From an uncultured virus (IMG/VR IMGVR_UViG_3300034082_002096) (taxonomy: Duplodnaviria; Heunggongvirae; Uroviricota; Caudoviricetes), in the IMG/VR virus record IMGVR_UViG_3300034082_002096: a stretch of 64,000 bases of DNA. One strand, given 5' to 3'. Below, one piece after another: positions 19,301 through 28,408 of the stretch. The notes below the pieces were generated by a model. It was not told the DNA's origin. It did not search any database and worked only from the letters and a program-made list of their open reading frames with translations. Position numbers and translations under genes: made by a program. Position 1 is the first letter of the stretch, and each line of letters opens with the position of its first letter.

Positions 19301-20498
19301 TTGCTTTTAATTTTGCTAATTCACTTTCATTAGCAGGAACAATTACCATGTCGCTATCGCCTTGCCCATATTCGTCTGGGTCTTCTGTTCCTAAACTGGT
19401 ATAATGCTGTCCTATTTTATACCAATCCATATCACTAGGAGTATTGACAACTAATGCATACTTTGGCATAGTTAGCAAATCGTCTGAATAACCTTCTGGA
19501 TGTGGTTCTATTGCATGACCACCTTCCATAATGGCTAATTCCAATGATGAATATTGCTCACTTAATCCCAAATTAGACAATTTATTAATTGATGTATTTT
19601 TTACTGCTTTTTTGTTTAAAATTGGTGGATAGCCATCTTTAGTGACTTTATTTCCAAATTTAGCAGCTTGTTTACTTATTTCATTTGGTCCAACATCAAC
19701 AGTAGTATTGACGTTTTTAACTATTCTACCAACGCCTTCTTCAGTTACTTTTACAGTTGGTGCATTTTGTAATCCAAGATCGCCGCCGAAGTTTAATTTT
19801 CTTTTTATATAAGCCAATATGCTTACGAATATTTTCCCAATCTCAGCCATATCTGCAAAGAAACTCATAAATCCAGACATAGTTGTTCCTGAAATATTGA
19901 TTATCATATCAGATAAATCATTTAGCTTATTGTCAAACAGTTCAGAAGCACCAGTAGTAAAAAAAGTTAATAAACTACTTGCAGAATCACGATATTCTAT
20001 AAATTTTGTTAATATGAACTTAGAAAAACTGTATACTCCTAATGAATATAAGAAGCCTTTCCATCCAGGAATTCGTAAAGATTGTGTTATTTTTGTGGTC
20101 AAGTTATTGATTAATTCTTTCAAACCATTAGATACATTAGCTAGAGCATTATTTTGTGATGTTTTGCTAAGTATTTCAGTAGAAACTGCTCTTATTGACT
20201 TCATAAGATTTCTGGTTTGTTTGTTTAATTGTTCTACTACTGTTTCCATATAATTAGGATTTGTTATTATGTTTTTTATTAATACTCCTGCATCCTTAGT
20301 ATTGACTAAGTTTTGACTTAAATCTTCAATAGTATCGTCATATCGTGATTGTAAATATTGCTTCATAGAAGTTAAGAAATTTTCATATAATATGATTTCT
20401 TCTAAAATAATTTTAGCATTATTAGCTGAATTTATACTTTCGGATAATATTAAATTTGGTTGAATTATTTTAAATAAAACATCACTTGACTTTTGCAT
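16365..20498 (-). CDS. Large modular virion polyprotein-like protein (GH19 hydrolase, HsdS TRD-like and ART-like modules)
   Basis: AHET..F..LVE, YRGRGFLHLTGKENY, VNGG (GH19); KRLGDLAEI...ITTDDVKNISF; WYHGT...VFDPSKIKI; many x-x-E junctions. Confidence 0.8.
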   Translation of the reverse strand: MQKSSDVLFKIIQPNLILSESINSANNAKIILEEIILYENFLTSMKQYLQSRYDDTIEDLSQNLVNTKDAGVLIKNIITNPNYMETVVEQLNKQTRNLMKSIRAVSTEILSKTSQNNALANVSNGLKELINNLTTKITQSLRIPGWKGFLYSLGVYSFSKFILTKFIEYRDSASSLLTFFTTGASELFDNKLNDLSDMIINISGTTMSGFMSFFADMAEIGKIFVSILAYIKRKLNFGGDLGLQNAPTVKVTEEGVGRIVKNVNTTVDVGPNEISKQAAKFGNKVTKDGYPPILNKKAVKNTSINKLSNLGLSEQYSSLELAIMEGGHAIEPHPEGYSDDLLTMPKYALVVNTPSDMDWYKIGQHYTSLGTEDPDEYGQGDSDMVIVPANESELAKLKAMLDRLNIVYKDIGSTREQPELHMEGIMIELDNMHSILDEGLKDKLKKAALVGAMGVLGMGAVGTKNAYDKLQTTNPASVSQKFSQPERPISKTPSTQGSVQKSELAPKTSIRPQAKPVQKSELAPKTSIRPRARDTLTDSRYESYFKNFAKKYGINNDELAALLAQAAHETDYFGTLVEYGDEEDFDAYEGRNGNTDAGDGYKYRGRGFLHLTGKENYEKAGKKLGLDLVGNPDLVSTPKVAALTSIWYWINRVRPDVSDFNDVAEVTYQVNGGDKGLEQRKENFEKYIELMGDSRKTEENLKESIGKRLGDLAEIKTKFEDADFWIWRRNSIEKVGSPTREYNPQHIGIKVIRKDLLMPEYLFYLMQYMHMQGYFRKLSKGATNLVNITTDDVKNISFALKESSNKKIEEAVKKLKEAEIVDLDQKREDEKLKKFHKGFMGDISDRVNDKREAYNIANEQGLFDDLPVGTRFTLPKGSSYKVLSHSMKTRKTDQLPRHELEFRHKFNMGPAKMIEYNGNYYQPIIYTEEVAGEMAGSTSGFDLDKLVNFSTGEKRYKKFTGPKKMTERNKPDQVRGSEPIPAKRKPSNTGFQKHPYMGRLVGENSTVSSIGYKIMAYDPKTKTAYSLADEKVKFPLVKNKEIKVGGKGIYLSNSENFVKTYYSGLTNNDEILIKFEYKPDDIISGNDTDSESEFTVSNARIVGYENINTNITESNEWYHGTPEVNKLRAEGGFKNRTINVSYISDPEEWNRLHKEIETLTPSDDNYFKLLDDAGKLEKYMIVKNPIFLTNILAVANTYTDERRAFDYQTAVSKVLKVSVEVGKVLTINSTGTDFRGISVNAVINGLKENGIPDDKIQKALQMFTRHIRNGKLSTDSLAVIAQLFDFDIVDVVGVLDSYNVGKTKSTVRMVFDPSKIKIISGLYENMSITGTETARIAKKKGLQPGTDEWFEHWFSLPYMIDQRNKKYKPRGMGVKPS
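18913..19006 (-). repeat. Tandem 40-nt direct repeat, 54-nt period, encoding VQKSELAPKTSIR twice
   Basis: Identical copies at 18913-18952 and 18967-19006. Confidence 0.95.
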
Positions 20499-20532
20499 AA
20501 TTTTAATACCTTTGCATTTTATAATATTTATG

Positions 20533-20563
20533 AAAAAAGCCCGCCATAATTAAATGACGGGCT
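20533..20563 (-). terminator. Rho-independent terminator
   Basis: GCCCGTCAT..ATGGCGGGC plus T6 on minus strand. Confidence 0.8.
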
Positions 20564-20586
20564 AGTAACATTAAATTTTAAATTAA

Positions 20587-21012
20587 TTATGGAGCGGGGT
20601 CATCTGCTTCAAAATCATCTTCATCTGTTGAAGTAGAAGTTATAACAGTATCATTTCCTGCTTCTTCCATTTCTACTTTTCCATCAGTAGTTGAATTACT
20701 CCAATTCCATGCAATGACTGTTCCATTTTCTAATGTAACTTTCTTTGCAGATATCTTGGTAACTTGTAATACTGTGGTTGCATCTGTTTTAACAGTAATA
20801 CTCATTTCACCAGCTAAAAGTAAACTAGAAGCTTTAGTAGAAAGCTTGCATAATCTAGATACTGTTCCGTTAGTGCAAAGGAATCTTTTGCTTCCTTTTT
20901 GTTTTACAATCCAACCGTTTACACTTGCTGTTCCATTGTGGAATTGAACTTTAATTTCATTTCCGCCAGCACTTGGTGGTCCGAAATATCTTTTATTTAA
21001 TGGTCTACCCAT
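20587..21012 (-). CDS. Probable virion structural protein
   Basis: MGRPLNKRYFG start, WIVKQKGSKRF; late promoter upstream. Confidence 0.65.
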   Translation of the reverse strand: MGRPLNKRYFGPPSAGGNEIKVQFHNGTASVNGWIVKQKGSKRFLCTNGTVSRLCKLSTKASSLLLAGEMSITVKTDATTVLQVTKISAKKVTLENGTVIAWNWSNSTTDGKVEMEEAGNDTVITSTSTDEDDFEADDPAP

Positions 21013-21040
21013 ATTACTTCTCCTTTTTGATTGTCTCTTA

Positions 21041-21090
21041 TAGGTTCTAACCTACTACGAGGAAGGAAACCCCGTAAAACCCGTATGGGT
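21041..21090 (-). promoter_or_regulatory. Candidate structured 5' leader (three hairpins)
   Basis: ACCC/GGGT, TACGGGG/CCTCGTA, TAGGT/ACCTA between TAAATA (21104) and the SD. Confidence 0.45.
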
Positions 21091-22118
21091 CAATTGACAT
21101 TATTATTTAGTAAAAATTGCTGATATAGCTGTTTACTTGCAAGATTCTTGCATTTTGCTTCCACCATAATATCAAAATCATTCCAGAATGACAATGCCCA
21201 ATTGTTACATGCAGAATTATTAAGCATGTCGCTGTGTGCACGTAATGACTGTGGTTTATGGCCTTCGGTCAACAACATTTGCATGTCTGGCAATGTCATA
21301 TTATCACGTGCATATTCTTCTCTACTGACACTGTAATGCATAACTGGACGAATGCCACGCCAGCTATCTAATATCTGTTTAATACGAGTGTCAGATGATT
21401 GAATATATTCTCCACCAGTTCTGATATAATGATGGTGAATATCTAGCACAATCGGAATGATGTCAGCAAGTTCTAGACATGAATCTAGACCCCAACCAAA
21501 CTCGTCATTTTCGATAGTGATAGTATTACGTGCTTCTGTGCTAAGTAGTGGATATACTGCACGAATCCCATCAGGACCAAGCCGCCCGCCAATATGCACA
21601 TTGCATTTAAAATCCTTCCATTCTTTTCCATAACCCATCCATCGAATCATATCGCAATGATATTCGAACTCTTGGATACTATTGGTTACTACATCTGGAT
21701 TATCGGAAGCCAAAACACAGAATTGCCCAGGATGGAATGATAACCTGATGTTATTTAATCTGGCAAGTTCTCCATTTCGTTTCCATAGTCGTTCTAATTC
21801 ATCAGATACCGATTTCTGTTTATAAAAATATTTCCATTGATGATGGGTGTATGCGGGACACTGATCACTACTTAACCGTAAAAATCGAAGTGCATCTGGG
21901 AGGTTGCTGACATAATTTATTAGCTTATATGCTTTTTCAGCATTTCCAAATGCTATAGACAATAATTTTTCTTCCGCTACTTTCGTAGATTGTCGATTCA
22001 ACCATGCAATTGTCGTGGTATTTGTATTATATTGAGATTCAATTTGTTTTAAGGTAGATGCGGTATGATTTCGTTTATCATGATAATACATACACGCAAA
22101 ACCGATTCGATTAGTCAT
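21090..22118 (-). CDS. uvsE: UV damage endonuclease UvsE
   Basis: RIGFAC, RLSFHPGQF, IENDE, LDIHHH, AHSD, DIMVEAKCK. Confidence 0.93.
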   Translation of the reverse strand: MTNRIGFACMYYHDKRNHTASTLKQIESQYNTNTTTIAWLNRQSTKVAEEKLLSIAFGNAEKAYKLINYVSNLPDALRFLRLSSDQCPAYTHHQWKYFYKQKSVSDELERLWKRNGELARLNNIRLSFHPGQFCVLASDNPDVVTNSIQEFEYHCDMIRWMGYGKEWKDFKCNVHIGGRLGPDGIRAVYPLLSTEARNTITIENDEFGWGLDSCLELADIIPIVLDIHHHYIRTGGEYIQSSDTRIKQILDSWRGIRPVMHYSVSREEYARDNMTLPDMQMLLTEGHKPQSLRAHSDMLNNSACNNWALSFWNDFDIMVEAKCKNLASKQLYQQFLLNNNVN

Positions 22119-22151
22119 GGGTATAACCTTTATGGATAATGATACTTCCTA

Positions 22152-22180
22152 ATAGTAACACTACTGAAGGGCTATGTCAA
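22152..22180 (-). promoter_or_regulatory. Sigma70-type promoter
   Basis: TTGACA-N17-TACTAT. Confidence 0.7.
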
Positions 22181-22188
22181 CCACAACT

Positions 22189-22677
22189 TTAAAGATATTT
22201 CTTAGAAAAATCTACTGCTTTTTTCGCATCAAGTTCTAGTATTTTTCTAAAATCTTCTGGGAGTGAATCCCAATTTCTAAGATACGGACTTGTTTTTTGA
22301 TTGCTATTATTATTGATTCCGTATCTCCATCCTTCTGACATTTTTTCATCAACCCATTTATTGTGAATATATCTAGAAATCTTTTCTTTTAATTTTTTTA
22401 ATTCTTCTTCTTCTAAACTATAGTGGTCACTTACTAATATTTCAAAGTTTCCATCATATACTGATTCCCATGCATAGCTTATAAACATGATATCTTCTTG
22501 TGTGATATGTGTATTGAGGTCTATTTTATATGAATATTCGTCATTGTTTTTAGATATTTTTATTTTTTTATTTGAAATAGTATCTGCTTGAATAAATTGA
22601 TTAACAATATTAAACCAATTGTGTAATTGTGGTTTACTAAGTTGTTCATTGGTTTTTAATATTATAAAGTAATGCAT
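22189..22677 (-). CDS. RyR-domain-containing protein
   Basis: IHNKWVDEKMSEGWRYG...SPYLRNWDSLPE. Confidence 0.75.
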   Translation of the reverse strand: MHYFIILKTNEQLSKPQLHNWFNIVNQFIQADTISNKKIKISKNNDEYSYKIDLNTHITQEDIMFISYAWESVYDGNFEILVSDHYSLEEEELKKLKEKISRYIHNKWVDEKMSEGWRYGINNNSNQKTSPYLRNWDSLPEDFRKILELDAKKAVDFSKKYL

Positions 22678-22679
22678 GA

Positions 22680-22937
22680 TTATTGCGACTCTTCTTTTTC
22701 GTTATCTAAATTTTTTGCAGGTTCTCTAGTATAAATTCCAAACCATGCAGTTCCTGCACCTACAATAACACTGACTAATCCAGCTTGTTCCATATTTGGA
22801 GAAGGTAAACTCATAAACCAAAATACTACTTCTACTAATAGATATAGATATATTCCGATGAATAATCTTGGAAACATTCTCCATCTATCAAAGTATGCAG
22901 GAGCATTCCACCATAATGTATTTTTAAAATTTTTCAT
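22680..22937 (-). CDS. Small two-TM membrane protein
   Basis: WRMFPRLF, two hydrophobic segments. Confidence 0.7.
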   Translation of the reverse strand: MKNFKNTLWWNAPAYFDRWRMFPRLFIGIYLYLLVEVVFWFMSLPSPNMEQAGLVSVIVGAGTAWFGIYTREPAKNLDNEKEESQ

Positions 22938-22966
22938 ATAATGACTCCGTAATATCATATATTTAT

Positions 22967-22995
22967 AAAAAAAGGGGGCATAAAAGCCCCCTTTT
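22967..22995. terminator. Terminator hairpin (possibly bidirectional)
   Basis: A7-GGGGGC-ATAAAA-GCCCCC-T4. Confidence 0.8.
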
Positions 22996-23015
22996 CTCAC
23001 ATATAATTTTAGAAA

Positions 23016-23345
23016 TTAGTATGCGAATACAGCAACAGTAGCTGAACTGCAGCTATAGTTGTTAGTGCCGACAGTAGCACCTAATGCAACGATTGCAGCT
23101 TGTAGATCGGTAGCAGTCCAGTCACTGTTTTCGATTGCTACACGGAAAATACCATCAGTAGCAGTTGCACCGATTGCGATGATTGTTCCTTTTAGAGCAA
23201 TAACGCGAACGATAAAATCCATAGCTTCGCCTGGATTTGTTTCGTTAGTTAAGTCGCCGCCTGCGTCAATAGTGTAGTGAGTGACAGGGGCACCATAGTT
23301 GCCTTTTCCGAATGCTACTAGGTTGTTTGGATTACGAGTAACCAT
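23016..23345 (-). CDS. Probable small virion structural protein
   Basis: TAAATA, AAGGAG SD, Ala/Thr/Gly-rich, own terminator. Confidence 0.7.
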   Translation of the reverse strand: MVTRNPNNLVAFGKGNYGAPVTHYTIDAGGDLTNETNPGEAMDFIVRVIALKGTIIAIGATATDGIFRVAIENSDWTATDLQAAIVALGATVGTNNYSCSSATVAVFAY

Positions 23346-23423
23346 TTTAATTCTCCTTGATATGTTTTATGTGTTCTTTATCTTAACACTTACATTTATT
23401 TATGTTTTTTTAAAAAAAACTAG

Positions 23424-24107
23424 CTATTGAGCCACAAATTCTACTATTATTTTTGCGGCACCTGTTGTTGCATTTTCGATATTATAATATAATTGTATAG
23501 GATTTGCATAGAATGAATCAATTGCATAGACATATTGTCCTACTTTAGACAAATCAATGTCAGTAGAATTAATTATTTCACTATCTGCAACATCTGTTCC
23601 AATTGACATAGTTGCTTCTATGTTATATGGAATGGTTACTAAAATAGTAATTTTAATTAATTGTGTATTTTCTGGAGTTAATACACCTATATTTCCTGAT
23701 TCGGTAGATACTGATGCTGTGCGAGTTATTACAATATTTTTTATATTTGATGCACTAGTCCATGATGGTAATCCATCAACTGTAGTTAATACATTATCAT
23801 AACTGCCAGTTCCTATTGGCAGTTTATCTAATACTATTTCTCCACCTACCTCATTGGCATATAACATATCACCTTTGTTGTATTCAGATAATCCAGTTCC
23901 ACCATTTGCAATGGGTAATACGCCAGTTATATTTGTACCACCAATATCTATATTATAGAAGTTTGGGAAATCTGGTATTTTTGCAATAAATGCACCAACT
24001 GTTGCATCCCAAACTAGTAGATAATCTTGTGTAATAGTTGCAGGATCAACTATAATAAGTGGGACAGTTTGTGTTGTAATCGTAGAAGTGCTTGCGAAAA
24101 TTGCCAT
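23424..24107 (-). CDS. Probable virion structural protein
   Basis: GVLPIANGGTG...KGDMLYA fibre-type motif. Confidence 0.65.
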   Translation of the reverse strand: MAIFASTSTITTQTVPLIIVDPATITQDYLLVWDATVGAFIAKIPDFPNFYNIDIGGTNITGVLPIANGGTGLSEYNKGDMLYANEVGGEIVLDKLPIGTGSYDNVLTTVDGLPSWTSASNIKNIVITRTASVSTESGNIGVLTPENTQLIKITILVTIPYNIEATMSIGTDVADSEIINSTDIDLSKVGQYVYAIDSFYANPIQLYYNIENATTGAAKIIVEFVAQ

Positions 24108-24120
24108 AATCTAAATCCTT

Positions 24121-24528
24121 TTAAGTATTTAGTAATATAGAGTTTATTGAACCATGTATGGTTTGATCATAGCTGGTTGCATTTAAATGTGAACGGTCAA
24201 TTCTTGCACGAATATACAATAAATTTGCTCTAAATGTAAATCCTTCGGTCCTTGTATCACCTTGGTTAGTTCCAGTTGGTATTGTTGAATTTACGGGATA
24301 TTGTCTATAAGAAGTCCCACTAGTTAAATATATTGGAAACCAGTCATTTTCGGTGGGACTTGTTGCTATAGTTCCTTCTATATAAATTCTTCCAATAAAA
24401 TTGTTAACAGAAGCACTAACGGTGTGTAAATTTTGTGTATTTCCACCAAATACATCAACCCGCACGGGATTGCCGCTATATGATAATACTGGTGAATGTA
24501 TTAATAACGTATAACTTATCTGTGACAT
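24121..24528 (-). CDS. Probable virion structural protein
   Basis: FIGRIYIEGT...DWF, beta-rich, TAAATA upstream. Confidence 0.6.
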   Translation of the reverse strand: MSQISYTLLIHSPVLSYSGNPVRVDVFGGNTQNLHTVSASVNNFIGRIYIEGTIATSPTENDWFPIYLTSGTSYRQYPVNSTIPTGTNQGDTRTEGFTFRANLLYIRARIDRSHLNATSYDQTIHGSINSILLNT

Positions 24529-24574
24529 TGTATATTCCTAAATAATGAACCCAGAACTGTCTGGGTTCAAGTTC

Positions 24575-26821
24575 TCACTCTATATTTATGGAATTTTCAG
24601 TTAATTTAATAACAATTTTCTTAACTGGTTCGCCAAATAGCATCTTGCGAGAAAGTGGTTTTTTGATATATTCATTAACCACACGGGCCATAGGTCTTGC
24701 TCCCATCAACGGATCAAATCCTTTTTCACTTACCCATTCAACCACATTTTTATCCCATTCTAGTTTTACATTACGCTCTTTGGCTAAATCTTGTAATTCT
24801 TTTAGGAATTTCTCTGCAATCTTATGAATATATGTTTTGTCTAGTTTTTTGAATTTTACTACTGCATCCAGTCTATTTCTAAATTCTGGAGAGAAAAAGC
24901 GTTTTACTGCGGTATCTTGTTCTTCGTCGTGTTTACCACCACTGAAACCAATTACATTTTTTTCACTGTCAGCAGCACCTAAATTGCTGGTCATAATAAT
25001 TACTGAATTTCTTGCACTAACTTTTTTGCCATTGCTTCCAGTAATCATGCCATTATCCATTATCTGGAGCAAAACATTTAGAACATCTGGGTGTGCTTTT
25101 TCAACTTCATCTAAAAGTAAAATACAATTTGGATTTTGTTCTAATTCATTGATTAATGCACCACTACCTTGATTTCCATCGCTATATCCAACATAACCGG
25201 GGGGAGAACCAATTAATTTAGCAACAGTATGCTTTTCTTGGTATTCACTCATATCGAATCTTACCAATGTGAGTTTCATAGTTTCTGCTAATGCTTTTGT
25301 CAATTCTGTTTTACCAACACCAGTTGGACCAGTGAATAGATATGATCCAATAGGTTTGTTTTTGCTTTTTAATCCAGCTTGGCTAATATAAATTGAGTCT
25401 GCAAGAGTTGATATTGCAATATCTTGACCAAATACTAATTCTTTTAATTTACTTTCGACATCAATAGTTTCTTTTTTTGATGCATTAGTAGTAACCATAT
25501 TAACTGGAATTTTACAAATTTTTGCAATTTCTATTTTAATGTCTTCTCCAGTTAGTTTTAATTTAGTCCGTCTATTTCTCTTTTGAATTCTTTTTTGGGC
25601 ACATGCACTATCAATCAAATCAAACGCTTTATCTGGAAGTTTTTTATTATATAGAAACTGAATACTTAGATCAACTACTAAATCTATGGTATCTTTTTCT
25701 ATTTTAATATCATGATATTTTTCATAGGAAGCGATACTTTGTGCAATTATTTGCTTTGCTTCTTCTGCGGTTGGTTCACTAACATCAATTTTATGAAAAC
25801 GTCGAACAAGTGCACTATCTTTTTCAAAACGCTCTCTATATTCGCTATACGTGGTAGAGCCAATACATTTTATACTTCCATTCTGAAGTGCAGGTTTTAG
25901 CATATTTGCTAAGTCAAGACCACCACTGTTTCCTGTTCCGGCACCCATAATTGTATGAATTTCATCAATGAATAATATACAATTTTCTTCTTTTTCTAAT
26001 TCTTCTATTATTTCTTGTAGTCGTTCTTCAAAATCGCCACGATATTTTGTTCCCGCCATTAATGCTCCAACATTAAGACTATAGATTATATAATCTTGAA
26101 TTGTTTCTGGAACTTCGCCTTTTTCTATTTTTAGAGCAAGTCCTTCTACGATTGCTGTTTTGCCAGTTCCTGCTTCTCCTACTAAGATGGCATTATTTTT
26201 CTTTTTTCTGGTAAGAGTTTGTGCCAGTTGCTCTAATTCTAATTCTCTGCCTATAAGATTATCTATCTTACCTTCTTCTGCCAGTTTATTCAGATTTGTT
26301 GTATATTTTTCTAAAACTGACTTTCTTTTTTGTTTATTAAATCCTGAATTTTGCGATGATTGTTTTGTTTGACTATTACCAGAATTTGCAATACTTGCTT
26401 CTTCATTTAGAATAAATTGAACTAGACTTTCACGATCCAATCCATACTTACTACAAATGTAAACTGATGGTGATTCTGTCTCTGCTAAAACTGAAAGTAA
26501 TAGATCAACAGTATGGATTGCTCTTTTGCCTGAGAAAAATGCTTGTGCCAATGCACGATTAAATACTCTTTCTAACGTAACTGTCTTTTTTGGTTTTACC
26601 GCAGGTTCAGTTACTATATCAGTAAGGCTAAAATCAATATAATTATTTAATTCGATACTGATTTCTTTAGCATCGCAAGAAATATTCTCACATAATTCTT
26701 TAATTTCTGGATCATCCAATAATGCCGCCGAAAGATGTTCTAATGTTACATATTGATGATTGTGACTTCCGGCAAGTTGAAACGCTTGATTTACGATATT
26801 TTCTACACGTGGATTATTCAT
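24575..26821 (-). CDS. clpA: ATP-dependent Clp protease ATP-binding subunit ClpA
   Basis: Clp N domain, GEAGTGKT, GTKYRGDFEER, GPTGVGKTEL, RFDMSEY, IGF loop, GARP. Confidence 0.95.
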   Translation of the reverse strand: MNNPRVENIVNQAFQLAGSHNHQYVTLEHLSAALLDDPEIKELCENISCDAKEISIELNNYIDFSLTDIVTEPAVKPKKTVTLERVFNRALAQAFFSGKRAIHTVDLLLSVLAETESPSVYICSKYGLDRESLVQFILNEEASIANSGNSQTKQSSQNSGFNKQKRKSVLEKYTTNLNKLAEEGKIDNLIGRELELEQLAQTLTRKKKNNAILVGEAGTGKTAIVEGLALKIEKGEVPETIQDYIIYSLNVGALMAGTKYRGDFEERLQEIIEELEKEENCILFIDEIHTIMGAGTGNSGGLDLANMLKPALQNGSIKCIGSTTYSEYRERFEKDSALVRRFHKIDVSEPTAEEAKQIIAQSIASYEKYHDIKIEKDTIDLVVDLSIQFLYNKKLPDKAFDLIDSACAQKRIQKRNRRTKLKLTGEDIKIEIAKICKIPVNMVTTNASKKETIDVESKLKELVFGQDIAISTLADSIYISQAGLKSKNKPIGSYLFTGPTGVGKTELTKALAETMKLTLVRFDMSEYQEKHTVAKLIGSPPGYVGYSDGNQGSGALINELEQNPNCILLLDEVEKAHPDVLNVLLQIMDNGMITGSNGKKVSARNSVIIMTSNLGAADSEKNVIGFSGGKHDEEQDTAVKRFFSPEFRNRLDAVVKFKKLDKTYIHKIAEKFLKELQDLAKERNVKLEWDKNVVEWVSEKGFDPLMGARPMARVVNEYIKKPLSRKMLFGEPVKKIVIKLTENSINIE

Positions 26822-26848
26822 GTTATCCCTTTTTTATTGTTATACCAC

Positions 26849-26877
26849 ATATTACTATATGTTAGGGTAGTTGTCAA
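26849..26877 (-). promoter_or_regulatory. Sigma70-type promoter
   Basis: TTGACA-N17-TAATAT. Confidence 0.7.
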
Positions 26878-26878
26878 G

Positions 26879-27295
26879 CTAATTTTGAGTTTGTAAATTA
26901 TTTTGTATGATTGCTTGATCTGTTTTTTCATAATAATTTTTATATGCAACTATAATTGCGTCTTTTTCTACTAATAATCGCATTATTTCTGCCATATTTA
27001 AACTTATATTTTCATAACCAGTAGTAGTTAATGCAATTAATACCATTTCTTGATTTGAATTTTTCATATCTTCAAATATTTTATTTACATTTTCTGGGGT
27101 TACAATTTTCCAATCTACCTGTCTTGGATTAATTGGAGTGATTTGTGGTAAAATTAAATTTTGACGATCTATTGGAATTGTTCTTATTTCAGTTATATTT
27201 TCTTTTTTCGGTGTTCCACATGCACTAATTAGGATTATAATTAGGATTAGCAATGTTAGAACACGAAGTATTGATATCGCTTTTTTTCGTTGCAT
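26879..27295 (-). CDS. Putative o-spanin lipoprotein
   Basis: Signal peptide with ISAC lipobox; overlaps i-spanin-like gene. Confidence 0.7.
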   Translation of the reverse strand: MQRKKAISILRVLTLLILIIILISACGTPKKENITEIRTIPIDRQNLILPQITPINPRQVDWKIVTPENVNKIFEDMKNSNQEMVLIALTTTGYENISLNMAEIMRLLVEKDAIIVAYKNYYEKTDQAIIQNNLQTQN

Positions 27296-27698
27296 CTATT
27301 TCCTCCAATGTTAATGGACTTCCGCTTAGTATTTCGAAACAACGATTTACATCGTTTGTTGCACCATTAATAATATTTTCTACTAATTGCGGTTTTTTAC
27401 TTGCCAAATATTCTAAATCATGTTTTGATAATTTGTTTTTCAACAATTCTACTTGGGCTTGTGCCAATCTAAACTGATTATCTAACATATTTCTCTCAGT
27501 TCTAATTGCTTCAACATCAGTCAATAGTGTGTCTATTGTTTTTTCATTTTCCTGCACTGCAGTTTCTAATTGTGTATTTTCAATAGTTAATGTTTGTATT
27601 TTTATCTGTGTTGAATTATAGTAATAATATACAAATCCTATAGAACTTCCTATAAATATTGCAATAGCTATTCCAAAATAAAATCTAATCATTATCAT
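27225..27698 (-). CDS. Putative i-spanin
   Basis: N-terminal TM helix plus coiled coil. Confidence 0.7.
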   Translation of the reverse strand: MIMIRFYFGIAIAIFIGSSIGFVYYYYNSTQIKIQTLTIENTQLETAVQENEKTIDTLLTDVEAIRTERNMLDNQFRLAQAQVELLKNKLSKHDLEYLASKKPQLVENIINGATNDVNRCFEILSGSPLTLEEIDATKKSDINTSCSNIANPNYNPN

Positions 27699-27916
27699 TA
27701 ACTCTTATGTCTAAATGTTATCCGACCTTTACTAAGGTCATATGGTGATATTTCAACATCAACAGTATCTCCAAGTAATATATTGATGTTAAATTTTCTT
27801 ATTTTACCACTTATAATTCCAAAAACTTGGTGCTTATTTTCTAATTCTACTTTAAATGTTGCGTTCGGCAGGCATTCAATGACTTTTCCGATAAATGTTA
27901 TTGTTTCTTTACTCAT
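27698..27916 (-). CDS. infA: Translation initiation factor IF-1
   Basis: [16 protein letters not shown]...SGKIR...[13 protein letters not shown]. Confidence 0.95.
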   Translation of the reverse strand: MSKETITFIGKVIECLPNATFKVELENKHQVFGIISGKIRKFNINILLGDTVDVEISPYDLSKGRITFRHKS

Positions 27917-28408
27917 TTAATATTTTAATAAAAACTCTATACGTTCTCTAACGCTGTCTTCAGCGGATTTCTTTTTATATTTTAAATCATATTCTTGTGA
28001 AGTAAAAATAATATCTTGTTCAAGATTTGATTTAGTAAAGGATTTTGGACTTGTCATTTTATATGACTCATATTTCCATTCTCCACCAGAATTACTGGTA
28101 ATGTTATTTATGTCATGTAACAGTTGTGATATTTTTTTGTACAAGTTTGGTGTTCTATCGAATTCTACGAATACTTTATAATCACCTTCTTCATTTGGAA
28201 CAGTTGATGCTTCTACGTCTAATAATTCTATATAACTGGTTTGAATAAAGTTTGCTAAATCTGTAGCAGGTTCCTCATACTTTACTGTAAAAGCTACTAC
28301 CACAGTTTCTCCATCTGTGCCTATTTTTGGTTTATATTGGTCTATGCTTATGGTGTTATAAACTAATCCTTTAAGTTCTTCACCCTCTAAACCCTCAATT
28401 ATCTTCAT
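27917..28408 (-). CDS. Hypothetical late protein
   Basis: MKIIEGL start after AGGAG. Confidence 0.75.
   Translation of the reverse strand: MKIIEGLEGEELKGLVYNTISIDQYKPKIGTDGETVVVAFTVKYEEPATDLANFIQTSYIELLDVEASTVPNEEGDYKVFVEFDRTPNLYKKISQLLHDINNITSNSGGEWKYESYKMTSPKSFTKSNLEQDIIFTSQEYDLKYKKKSAEDSVRERIEFLLKY

Noticed and set aside
14568..20253. Long antisense ORFs (14568-15014, 18916-19404, 19819-20253; likewise 41180-41650 and 52073-52648)
   Set aside because: Shadows of real genes on the opposite strand with no motifs or SD
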